DNA of 63,326 nt from an uncultured Clostridia bacterium (GCA_947588945.1 CANPZY010000005.1:1-63326), one strand, 5' to 3'. Shown: positions 9,135-21,078, counted from the first letter of the stretch. Numbers and translations: made by a program. The notes: generated by a model not told the origin, from the letters alone.

Positions 9135-10367
9135 ATGTTGAGAAAAGTGAATTGGACAAGATATTTATGTGCTTTAATAATAGCCATAGCTTTAGTTATA
9201 GCTATTATTTTTGCAATTCAAAAAATACATAGTAAAACTTATGAGATAAAACAAGTTTCAACAACCTCAGCATTAGAAATTATTGTACCAGTAGCTAAGC
9301 AAAATAAATCAAAGCAGATTGATTTAGAAAATGTTATATCTCAAAATGAATCAGAAATAATTACAGAAAAAATTGAAAAACAAGAAAAAGATATAGAATT
9401 TACAACTATTTATAGACAAAATGAATCTTTAGCTAAGGGAAAGATTCAAACGCTTCAAGAAGGAAGCGATGGAAGTCAAGATGCAATTATAAAAAAAATA
9501 TATAAAAATGGTGAGATTATTTCAGAAGAACAAATTTCATCAGAAATAAAAAGAGTAGCAATTGATAAAATTGTAGAAATAGGAACAGCACAATATTCAA
9601 ATAATTATGTACCAATAGTTGGTGATGAATTAAAAGTTACATCTAATACATTAGCAGTAAGAGTTGATCCAAATTTTGATGCACAAAAACTTATTACAAT
9701 AGAAGCAGGCGATATTGTAGTCTTAAAAGCTAAACAAGATGATTGGTATTATATTATGTTTAATGGATATCTAGGATGGGCACCAATGGATTGTTTAACA
9801 TATAATAATCCTAATGGACTAGGCGATGGAGACGAAAACAATATTCAATATACAAAAGAAGAACTAACACAAGATTTAGGATTTAGTATGCTTTTAAATA
9901 AAAAAAGTAATTTAAGTTTAGAGCAATTTAGAAAAATTTTAGGAAATGATTCAAGCGACAGAAACAATGTTTTTTCAGAAAATGCGGACTATTTTTACTA
10001 TGCAGAAAAACAATATAATATAAACGGAGTATTTTTAGCAGCAATAGGTATACATGAAAGCGGATGGGGAACATCATCTATATCATTAAAAAAGAAAAAT
10101 TTATTTGGATATGGAGCTTATGATAGAGATCCATCTGGTAGTGCTTCAACATTTAATACTTATGCAGAAGGAATAGATTTAGTCGCTAGAGTTCTAGTTA
10201 AATATTATTTGAACCCAGCAGGAACAGATATATATAACGGTGAAAAAGCAGTAGCTACATATTACAAAGGAGCAACTTTAACTGCAGTCAATAAGTCTTA
10301 TGCAAGTGACAAAAACTGGGCAAATGGGGTTTATAGATGGATGATGTATTTATACAATAAATTATAA
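9135..10367 (+). CDS. cell-wall hydrolase with G5, SH3 and N-acetylglucosaminidase domains
   Basis: G5-like (TIYRQNESLAKGKIQTLQEGSDGSQ ... VEIGT), SH3b-like (LAVRVDPNF ... DDWYYIMFNGYLGWAP), glucosaminidase (NINGVFLAAIGIHESGWGTS ... NLFGYGAYD). The track start at 9126 is GTG. The ATG at 9135 has the better RBS spacing. Confidence 0.8.
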   Translation: MLRKVNWTRYLCALIIAIALVIAIIFAIQKIHSKTYEIKQVSTTSALEIIVPVAKQNKSKQIDLENVISQNESEIITEKIEKQEKDIEFTTIYRQNESLAKGKIQTLQEGSDGSQDAIIKKIYKNGEIISEEQISSEIKRVAIDKIVEIGTAQYSNNYVPIVGDELKVTSNTLAVRVDPNFDAQKLITIEAGDIVVLKAKQDDWYYIMFNGYLGWAPMDCLTYNNPNGLGDGDENNIQYTKEELTQDLGFSMLLNKKSNLSLEQFRKILGNDSSDRNNVFSENADYFYYAEKQYNINGVFLAAIGIHESGWGTSSISLKKKNLFGYGAYDRDPSGSASTFNTYAEGIDLVARVLVKYYLNPAGTDIYNGEKAVATYYKGATLTAVNKSYASDKNWANGVYRWMMYLYNKL

Positions 10368-10467
10368 AAAATAATACAATATTATGGGGATTAAATTGTA
10401 AAATTTACTTGATATTTTGTAAAAGTTATAGTATTATATTATAGGATATAAAGGAGGATAATATATA

Positions 10468-10881
10468 GTGAGAAAGGCAATAATAACTTTAGTAATATTT
10501 ACATATATTTTTGGAATATTTTGCATAGGTTCTTGCTATGCTGCAAATACTACAGGAGAGATAATACCAGAAGAAACAAAAAGTAAACTAGTAGAAATTA
10601 AAGACAATGAACTAAAATCTTTAGAAGATTATAAAGAAACTTATGGCAGTAGTACTTATGGATTAGTTGCTTATATTTTAAATAAAGTTAGAATATATAG
10701 TATTCCATTTGGAATTTTAGGAATAGCAATAAGTGCAATATACCAATATGTTATAGGAATAAGACACTTAGAGGCACATTACAAAGGATTTAACACAATG
10801 ATTGCTGTTATAACTTTACTTGTTATATGTCAAGTATTACCATTGGTATTTGCAATCATAGTAAAAGGTTGGAGGGGTTAA
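10468..10881 (+). CDS. small secreted/membrane protein (signal peptide plus 2 C-terminal TM helices)
   Basis: GTG start 10 nt after aaaggagga. Has a ...SCYA/ANT signal-like N-terminus. The stop lies 4 nt before the next start. Confidence 0.5.
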   Translation: MRKAIITLVIFTYIFGIFCIGSCYAANTTGEIIPEETKSKLVEIKDNELKSLEDYKETYGSSTYGLVAYILNKVRIYSIPFGILGIAISAIYQYVIGIRHLEAHYKGFNTMIAVITLLVICQVLPLVFAIIVKGWRG

Positions 10882-10885
10882 ACTA

Positions 10886-14116
<3,231 letters not shown>

Positions 14117-14139
14117 GAAGAATAAAGAGGTGATATCTT

Positions 14140-15309
14140 TTGGTATTAGCAATTATAATATTATTAGTAATAATTGTAATGATTCTAATGATATATAATT
14201 ATTCAGTTCATAAAAAAATAGATACTTTCTCAAACCTAAATCAAAGGGTAACTAGCCTAAATGTATTGCAAGAATTTATGAATACCTTAGGAGAAACTAG
14301 TTCTATAAAAGAAAAACTAGAAAGTATAAATGATATATTGATAAATAAATATTCCATCAAATACTCAACTATTGTAGTATTTGATGGTGCTGAATATGTT
14401 ATAAGAACATCTAATGTTGACAAAAAGCATTGGGAAACATTAAGAAATCTACAGAATGATCCAGTATTTGGAGACAGTATTAGGACAGCAACACCTAAAT
14501 ATGTAACAGTAGATAATGAAAATGAAAAATTACCATACCAAAAGATGGAGTTTGGAAGGGCAAAGTGTGCAATATTTTTTCCATTATACGTAGATAATGT
14601 TTATATTGGATATTGGATAATTGAAGGAAGTATGCCACATGAATTTGATAAAATAGATACAACAATCTTAGAAGTAGTTAGAAATAATATAGTAACTATC
14701 TTAAAAACAGTAGAAAATCAATCAACAATTGAAAATATAGTTAGAGACGATTTATATTCAGGACTTAAATCAGAAGAATATCTTTATGGAGAAGGAAAGA
14801 AGATAATTGATGGCTATACAACATCTGCAATATGTATTTTTAAAATAGTAAATTTACCAAATATAAATACAGAAATTAGCAGAAAAACAGGTGATAAAGT
14901 AGTTACAGAAGTTTCAAATTATGTAAAAAACAATTTAGCAAAGGAATATGTATTTGTAAGATATATGGGACCAAAATTTGCAATAGTTTTTTCAGGAGCA
15001 GATGTACAAGGGGTAAATAATTTTATGCAAGGGTTAAAAAAGTCAATCGAAAATATGCCAATTACTGTTGCAGAAGATTATAAAAAAGAAATGCAGATAA
15101 ATCAAAACGGACAAAATGTTAATATACAAAATATAAATGATAATGGAAATGTTCAAGTAGCAAATAATGAAGAAGTTGATGTAGTCGTAAATCCTAAAAT
15201 TAGAGTTGCAATTTCAACATATTATAAAGGAACTTCATTAGATGGAGCACTTAAAAAATTAGAAGAGTACATAGATTTGTCAGATGATAATACAATAAAT
15301 ACATTGTAA
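14140..15309 (+). CDS. membrane-anchored GAF-like protein with a degenerate GGDEF domain (probably catalytically inactive)
   Basis: TTG start after aagaggtg. One N-terminal TM helix. RDDLYSGLKSEEYL ... ICIFKIVNLPNIN ... GDKVV ... FVRYMGPKFAIVFSG aligns to the GGDEF fold, but GGDEF reads MGPKF and the DxD metal site is absent. Confidence 0.6.
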   Translation: MVLAIIILLVIIVMILMIYNYSVHKKIDTFSNLNQRVTSLNVLQEFMNTLGETSSIKEKLESINDILINKYSIKYSTIVVFDGAEYVIRTSNVDKKHWETLRNLQNDPVFGDSIRTATPKYVTVDNENEKLPYQKMEFGRAKCAIFFPLYVDNVYIGYWIIEGSMPHEFDKIDTTILEVVRNNIVTILKTVENQSTIENIVRDDLYSGLKSEEYLYGEGKKIIDGYTTSAICIFKIVNLPNINTEISRKTGDKVVTEVSNYVKNNLAKEYVFVRYMGPKFAIVFSGADVQGVNNFMQGLKKSIENMPITVAEDYKKEMQINQNGQNVNIQNINDNGNVQVANNEEVDVVVNPKIRVAISTYYKGTSLDGALKKLEEYIDLSDDNTINTL

Positions 15310-15322
15310 AGGAGGCTATGTT

Positions 15323-15577
15323 ATGGCAACAGATGAAACATTAAGTTTTAAAGTTGAAAGAGAAGAAAATGTTAAAACAAAAGAAATTCTTAAAGAAGTG
15401 TATGAAGCTTTAAAAGAAAAAGGATATAATCCTATAAATCAAATAGTTGGATATATTTTATCAGGAGATCCAACTTATATAACGAGTCATAAAGGAGCAA
15501 GAAATTTAATAAGACAAATAGAAAGAGATGAACTATTAGAAAAAATGGTTAAAGAATATATAGAGTTAGATAAATAA
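15323..15577 (+). CDS. ireB: IreB family regulatory phosphoprotein (UPF0297/YrzL)
   Basis: EALKEKGYNPINQIVGYILSGDPTYITSHKGARNLIRQIERDELLE is characteristic. Sits in the conserved position upstream of ruvX. Confidence 0.85.
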   Translation: MATDETLSFKVEREENVKTKEILKEVYEALKEKGYNPINQIVGYILSGDPTYITSHKGARNLIRQIERDELLEKMVKEYIELDK

Positions 15578-15589
15578 TAGGAAGATAGA

Positions 15590-16015
15590 ATGGGAAGAAA
15601 ATTAGGAATTGATTATGGTACAGTTAGAACAGGAATAGCAATAACTGACGAATTAGGAATAACTGCACAAGGCTTAGAAACAATTGTATCAAACGGGAGC
15701 GACAAAATAATTTTAAAAAGAATAGATGAATTAATTAAAGAATATAATATTGATTGTATTGTATTAGGAAATCCAATAAATATGGATGGAAGTAAAGGAA
15801 AAAGAGCTATGGAAACTGAGCTCTTTTTACATAAGCTTAAATCTCGTTTTAATACTATAAATATAGAACTTATAGATGAAAGATTAACATCAGTTGAAGC
15901 TCATAGAACAATGAATTTTTTGGATATAAATAATAAGAAGAAAAAAGAAATAGTTGATACAATTGCAGCAGTATATATATTAGAAAACTATATAAATAGA
16001 AAAAAAGCCAATTAA
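15590..16015 (+). CDS. ruvX: Holliday junction resolvase-like nuclease RuvX/YqgF
   Basis: GIDYGTVRTGIAITDELG ... GNPINMDGS ... DERLTSVEA. Confidence 0.85.
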   Translation: MGRKLGIDYGTVRTGIAITDELGITAQGLETIVSNGSDKIILKRIDELIKEYNIDCIVLGNPINMDGSKGKRAMETELFLHKLKSRFNTINIELIDERLTSVEAHRTMNFLDINNKKKKEIVDTIAAVYILENYINRKKAN

Positions 16016-16149
16016 AATTTGATAAAAAAGTTAAAAATAAAAGGAAGAGAGAGGATATTTTATTAAAAAGCTTGATTTTTAACACTTTTTGGTATAAAAT
16101 AAATATATTGGAAAAAAATGAATAATTAATAATTAAGGGGGAAATAATA

Positions 16150-16713
16150 ATGGCAGTATACTCAGCAGGAGATTTTAGAAATGGAACAACATTTGAAATG
16201 GAAGGAAATGTATATAGAGTAGTTGAATTTCAACATGTAAAACCAGGAAAGGGATCAGCATTTGTAAGAACAAAAATAAAAAATGTAATAACAGGAAGTG
16301 TTTTAGAAAAAACATTTAATCCATCAGAGAAATTTCCATCAGCAGAAATAGATAAGAGAGAAATGCAATATTTATATGAAGATGGTGGTTTATACTATTT
16401 CATGGATAATGAAACATATGAACAAATTCCTTTAAATAAAGAGCAAATTGGGGAAAGTTTAAAATATCTTAAAGAAAATATGAATGTAAAAATTCTTTCA
16501 TATAAAGGAAATGTATTTTCTATTGAACCACCTATGTTTATAGAACTTGCTGTAACATATACAGAACCGGGATTTGCAGGAAATACTGCAACTACTTCAG
16601 GAAAACCAGCTACATTAGAGAATGGTTTAGAAATAAATGTTCCTATGTTTATTAATATAGGGGATGTTATAAAAATTGATACTAGAACAGGTGAATACAT
16701 GGAAAGAATCTAG
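16150..16713 (+). CDS. efp: elongation factor P
   Basis: [37 protein letters not shown] ... the KPGKG loop is diagnostic. Confidence 0.95.
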   Translation: MAVYSAGDFRNGTTFEMEGNVYRVVEFQHVKPGKGSAFVRTKIKNVITGSVLEKTFNPSEKFPSAEIDKREMQYLYEDGGLYYFMDNETYEQIPLNKEQIGESLKYLKENMNVKILSYKGNVFSIEPPMFIELAVTYTEPGFAGNTATTSGKPATLENGLEINVPMFINIGDVIKIDTRTGEYMERI

Positions 16714-16728
16714 TTGAAAGGAAAATTT

Positions 16729-17382
16729 ATGGTTGAAGATATAAGCAGATTATTTAATAAGTTAATGGAAGATTTAGAAACTAACATAACTGATAAGGCT
16801 CAAAAGTCTAAAATTAAAAATGAATTAGTCGAACTTGTTTCACTTTTTATCAGTTCATCAAATAATCTTATAAGAATACAAGATAAGCAAGAAATGACTT
16901 TAAATAGAATAAAGAAACTTGAAAGAAAAATATCACAAATTGAAGAAGATATTTATATTGACGATGAGGAAAACAATTATGATAAAATGCATGATAATGA
17001 CTATGAATTTGAGATAAGATGTCCTTATTGTGATTATGACTTTATAATTAGTGAAGAATCTCAAGCTACAGATGAAATAGAATGTCCACAATGCCATAAT
17101 ATAATAGAACTAGATTGGGATGAAGCAAGTGAATGTGCAAAAGACTGTAAAGGTTGCAGTCAACATTGCTATCAAGATGAAGAAGAAACAGATTCTCAAG
17201 TAGAACAACTTTCAGAAGAAAACGAAGAATATAAACCTGATAGTAATGAAAAAAATAATATAAAAGATAATACAAATGATCCTAAAAACAATGAAAACCA
17301 AAATAATGCAAATAATATTCAAGATTTAAAAAAGAATAAAGAAGATAAAAATAAGCAAAATAACAATGAAGATGATATGTAA
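16729..17382 (+). CDS. zinc-ribbon protein with an acidic/Asn-rich tail (resembles the clostridial CD1247 N-terminal domain family, tentative)
   Basis: CPYCDYDF ... CPQCHNIIE zinc ribbon. The ATG at 16729 follows aaagga. The track start at 16714 is a TTG abutting the efp stop. Confidence 0.55.
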   Translation: MVEDISRLFNKLMEDLETNITDKAQKSKIKNELVELVSLFISSSNNLIRIQDKQEMTLNRIKKLERKISQIEEDIYIDDEENNYDKMHDNDYEFEIRCPYCDYDFIISEESQATDEIECPQCHNIIELDWDEASECAKDCKGCSQHCYQDEEETDSQVEQLSEENEEYKPDSNEKNNIKDNTNDPKNNENQNNANNIQDLKKNKEDKNKQNNNEDDM

Positions 17383-17434
17383 ATAATTTTTTAGATTAAT
17401 AAAAATATAAAACCTAAAAAATATATATAATATT

Positions 17435-17569
17435 AAAAAATAAAAATATAATTAATTTTTGTATCTTGTTGTCGCTAAAAGTGGCAAGCCACTTTTGCTC
17501 CATTCGCCCTTCGCGATGCTTCGGTTAATCGCTACACGATACTTCTAATTAATTATATTTTTATTTTTT
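17435..17569 (+). repeat. composite hairpin element, copy A: perfect 23-bp AT stem enclosing a conserved GC-rich structured core
   Basis: aaaaaataaaaatataattaatt (17435-17457) is the exact reverse complement of 17547-17569. The core gtatcttgttgtcgcta ... gctccattcgc ... cgctacacgatac is shared with 40459-40531. Confidence 0.8.
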
Positions 17570-17599
17570 TATAATTTTTAAATTGTAGAAGTTTAATGT

Positions 17600-17960
17600 T
17601 TTTCAGAATTTTAGTTATGAAATCAAATTATTAGAAAATTATTTTTTATTTAATTAATTAAAAAGATTAATAAAAAATAAATATATATAAAATATAGCAA
17701 AATAAAGCTAATTATAGAAGTAAAATAACTATAAAAATTATTACAAAATCGTAAAGAAAGTCGAGTATAAAATCTTGCAAAATCGTTGAGATAAATGGAT
17801 TGCAAGAGTTTATACTTTTTTATTAATCTTTTTACTTAATAAAATATATAGAAGTAAAATATTATAAAGTATTGACTTAATACTTTAAAAATAATAAAAT
17901 TAATATAAATAATAAATATAAAAAATGTAAATAATAAGAAAAGAAGGAGAAAAGCGAAAG
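17600..17960 (+). promoter_or_regulatory. conserved upstream module of pilin-like paralog 1 (18-bp inverted repeats, terminator-like hairpin, TTGACT-17-TAAAAT promoter, RBS)
   Basis: Near-identical to 19262-19573 and 61625-61980. IR at 17660-17677 / 17816-17833. Hairpin at 17773-17807. The -35 is at 17872-17877 and the -10 at 17895-17900. Confidence 0.7.
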
Positions 17961-19151
17961 ATGAGAAAAGTAAATTATAAGGAAATGGGAATCACATTAA
18001 TAGCGCTAGTAGTAACAATTATAATATTGCTAATTTTAGCAGGAGTAACACTATCAACAGCATTAAGCCAAAATGGATTATTTCAAAGAGCAAAGATAGC
18101 AGGAGAAAATTATAAAAGAGCAGAAGCAGATGAAACAGAGAAATTAGGAGAAGTAGAGAAAACAATAGACGAATTAGCAGGAGGAAAAGTAGCAGATAGG
18201 ACAGGATTAAAAATAGGAGATACGGTAAACTATACTTATGATAATGCAGACAACTATGAATTAGAAGGAAAAAATAGTGGATATGGAGAATATGTTAAAA
18301 ATGAAGATGGAACATATAAATTAGATACAGAAAAGAAACAATCAATTGCACAAGTAAGGGATGCAACATGGCAGGTACTAAGCATAAATGATGATGGAAG
18401 TGTAGATTTAGTATGTACGAGTATAGCAGAAGATGGGGCAGACTATTTCAATCAAATGATGTCAGGTTTAGATATGAGTGAAGGAAATAAACATGGAGGA
18501 GTAGCATTTGGAGGAGCGATAGGATATACAAATGGAGTATATTATTTAAATGATATATGTGCAAGACAGTATAGTAATAATTCATTAGGAGTAACAGCAA
18601 GGAATATAAAAATAGAAGATATAGAAAAGCATCTAAATGATTCTGGGAGAGCAACAGTACAACAACTTATAGAGGTAGAAGGAACGAAAGAATATACAGG
18701 AGAAAATGTATATTATCCAAAACTATATGCATATGAAAATGGTTCAGAAATAGATGAAAAAAAATTAACAACAAATGGAATCGGACCTAGTGAAACCGAA
18801 GTATCGAGTGATTCTAGCTTCCAAATACCGATAAGTCATAGTAAAGAGGAAGAAGGATATGGAAAAGCAGGGATAAAACTAGCAGTTAATGGTAATTTTA
18901 TTCAATTGGTTGAATATGATGGAGTATATTTTGATGATAATAGGTTGGATGATTTGCTTTTTAGTATGAATAGTGGATTTTGGGTTGCGTCTCGTTTCGC
19001 TTTTGGTAAAACGCCTGATGATAAGGCGAAATTTGGATTGGATTGTGTCCTAGGTAATGTGTTGTCGGGTCAGCCTATGTTTGATTCTATTGGTTGTATA
19101 GATAGGGTTTTGCGGTTTTTTTGTATGCCCGTTTGTTTCTCTTGGCTCTAG
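17961..19151 (+). CDS. pilin-like protein paralog 1 (prepilin-type N-terminal helix), C-terminus disrupted by a frameshift at a T7 run
   Basis: MRKVNYKEMG/ITLIALVVTIIILLILAGV is shared with the two paralogs. The conserved C-terminal V[RC]P[VF]VSL motif lies in the +1 frame and ends at 19200. Confidence 0.7.
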   Translation: MRKVNYKEMGITLIALVVTIIILLILAGVTLSTALSQNGLFQRAKIAGENYKRAEADETEKLGEVEKTIDELAGGKVADRTGLKIGDTVNYTYDNADNYELEGKNSGYGEYVKNEDGTYKLDTEKKQSIAQVRDATWQVLSINDDGSVDLVCTSIAEDGADYFNQMMSGLDMSEGNKHGGVAFGGAIGYTNGVYYLNDICARQYSNNSLGVTARNIKIEDIEKHLNDSGRATVQQLIEVEGTKEYTGENVYYPKLYAYENGSEIDEKKLTTNGIGPSETEVSSDSSFQIPISHSKEEEGYGKAGIKLAVNGNFIQLVEYDGVYFDDNRLDDLLFSMNSGFWVASRFAFGKTPDDKAKFGLDCVLGNVLSGQPMFDSIGCIDRVLRFFCMPVCFSWL

Positions 19152-19261
19152 TATCCAACTCGTTGAATGTGGTGATGGATCATGGGAAATAACAAAATGA
19201 TTATAAGTAGTAGCTTGTAACGATAAAAGTATGGAATCTCTTTAGATTCTAGGAAAGTTAA

Positions 19262-19573
19262 AAATATTATTAATTAAAAAGATTAATAAAAAATAAATAT
19301 ATATAAAATATAGCAAAATAAAGCTAATTATAGAAGTAAAATAAATATAAAAATTATTACAAAATCGTAAAGAAAGTTAAGCATAAACTCTTGCAAAATC
19401 ATTGAGATAAAAGGATTGCAAGAGTTTATATTTTTTTATTAATCTTTTTACTTAATAAAACATATAGAAGTAAAGTATCATAAAGTATTGACTTAATACT
19501 TTATAAATAATAAAATTAATATAAATGATAAATATAAAAAGCAAATAATAAGAAAAGAAGGAGAAAGCGAAAG
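19262..19573 (+). promoter_or_regulatory. conserved upstream module of pilin-like paralog 2
   Basis: IR at 19276-19293 / 19432-19449. Hairpin at 19385-19427. The -35 is at 19488-19493 and the -10 at 19511-19516. Confidence 0.7.
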
Positions 19574-20707
19574 ATGAGGAAAGTAAATTATAAGGAAAAA
19601 GGAATCACATTAATAGCATTAGTAGTAACAATCATAATATTGTTAATATTAGCAGGAGTAACGCTAACAACAGCATTGAGCCAAAATGGTTTATTTCAAA
19701 GAGCAAAGATAGCAGGAGAAAATTATAAAAAAGCAGAGGCAGATGAGACAGAGAAATTAGGAGAAGTAGAAAAAGAGATAGATAAAATAGTAAATGGAGA
19801 AACTCCACCAGACCCACCATCAAGTGGAATAGGAAGTAGTGACATAGCAGAAGATTTAAAAGAATATCAAGGAAAATATGTAGATATAGGGTTGGATACA
19901 AATGATGATAAACAAGTAAATGATTGGGAAATATTTTATGTAAATGAAGATAGAATATTTTTGATAGCAGCAGATTATGTACCAGTAGAAAATTTAAAAA
20001 AATGGGGAGTAATAGATGGAACATTAAAAAGTAATGGATTCATAGAATATTCTAGTAGCAGTAAATATAGTGTAGGTTGGAGCACGCCTACAACGTTTTT
20101 AAATGAAGGCTTAGCAGATTTAAACTTGGTAATGCATAATGGATATTACTTAAAAGGCCTTACGAGTGCTAGTGATTATAACTCAATAGCAGTATCACAC
20201 TTATTAAATAAAACAGCATGGGAAGGAGTAAAAAATGCAGCGGGTAAGAAGACAAGTATAGATTTTGTAATCGGAGGACCAACATTAGAGATGTGGTGTG
20301 CAGCATGGAATAAAGCTGTAGCTGAAGATGAAACCCTTAAGCAAATTCAAGCTGATGATGTGGGTGCGAGTGGATATTATTTGGGATGTGAAGCGACGAG
20401 CCTGGAGCAAAAGTTTGGATTGTGTGTAAATGGTACGGAATATTCTAATCCAAGTTCAAATGAAATTGAGAAGTACAAGGCTTTTTTTCCTCATACGGCT
20501 ATTTGGCGAGGTTGCTACGGATATTGGTTAGCGTCTCCATCGGCTGAGAAACCTGAGAACTTGTTAAGTGTTTACTTTGGAGGCCTTATAAGAAGCTGGT
20601 TGTATAATAACCACGTTTTGGGCGTGCGTCCCGTAGTTTCTCTAGTATCTGGTGTCCGAATAGAAGAAAGGGCTGATGTGAAGAACGTTTACGATTTAGA
20701 AGAGTAG
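19574..20707 (+). CDS. pilin-like protein paralog 2 with a lectin-like C-terminal domain (YWLASPSAE ... LGVRPVVSL)
   Basis: Conserved N-terminal module. The central DWEIFYVNEDRIFLIAADYVP block and the C-terminal motif are shared with 61981-63117. Confidence 0.8.
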   Translation: MRKVNYKEKGITLIALVVTIIILLILAGVTLTTALSQNGLFQRAKIAGENYKKAEADETEKLGEVEKEIDKIVNGETPPDPPSSGIGSSDIAEDLKEYQGKYVDIGLDTNDDKQVNDWEIFYVNEDRIFLIAADYVPVENLKKWGVIDGTLKSNGFIEYSSSSKYSVGWSTPTTFLNEGLADLNLVMHNGYYLKGLTSASDYNSIAVSHLLNKTAWEGVKNAAGKKTSIDFVIGGPTLEMWCAAWNKAVAEDETLKQIQADDVGASGYYLGCEATSLEQKFGLCVNGTEYSNPSSNEIEKYKAFFPHTAIWRGCYGYWLASPSAEKPENLLSVYFGGLIRSWLYNNHVLGVRPVVSLVSGVRIEERADVKNVYDLEE

Positions 20708-20839
20708 GAGTTAAGGTTGATTAAGTTGCGTACTGCTGGGCCTCGCGTCCAGCCTCGCTCCGATGTATAACGTAATTTTTTAATTTTATAGATTATGTAT
20801 TGTAGAGGAAACTGATATTTTTATAATATTAAAATGGGA

Positions 20840-20865
20840 GCCTAGAATCTCTTAAGATTCTAGGC
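20840..20865 (+). other. perfect 11-bp hairpin with a CTTA loop and no U-tract
   Basis: gcctagaatct ctta agattctaggc. A degraded copy (ggaatct cttt agattc) lies at about 19232-19255, downstream of paralog 1. Confidence 0.6.
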
Positions 20866-20910
20866 TATATTGAATGACTTAGAGCTTTTACATGAAAAAT
20901 TAATAAGTAG

Positions 20911-20939
20911 TTGCATTTTATGTAAATTTGTAGTATAAT
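20911..20939 (+). promoter_or_regulatory. sigma-A type promoter (TTGCAT-17-TATAAT)
   Basis: Hexamers at 20911-20916 and 20934-20939. Followed by a leader of about 130 nt with two 7-bp hairpins. Confidence 0.5.
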
Positions 20940-21078
20940 ATAATTCGGTATTAGTGTGATATATATCAAAGGCAAATTGACTTTGATAGCCTAAAAGTGT
21001 ATATGCACGAATACACTCTTTAGAAAGGAGATAAGAAACTATTAACGGCACCATTCTACAAGCAGGAGGTAAAACTTT

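Noticed and set aside
17654-17900. Invertible promoter (fim/cwpV-like phase switch) formed by the 18-bp inverted repeats.
   Set aside because: The recognisable promoter (TTGACT-17-TAAAAT) lies outside and downstream of the right repeat. The enclosed hairpin has T/A runs on both sides, so inversion would not obviously change it. No recombinase gene is nearby. It is kept only as one of two readings in a finding.
18950-20780. Calling the pilin-like loci a bona fide diversity-generating retroelement.
   Set aside because: No reverse transcriptase, Avd-like gene or template repeat is present anywhere in the 63 kb. The candidate variable segments of paralogs 2 and 3 differ in length by 6 nt, so they cannot derive from one template. 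It is reported only as a hypothesis to test.
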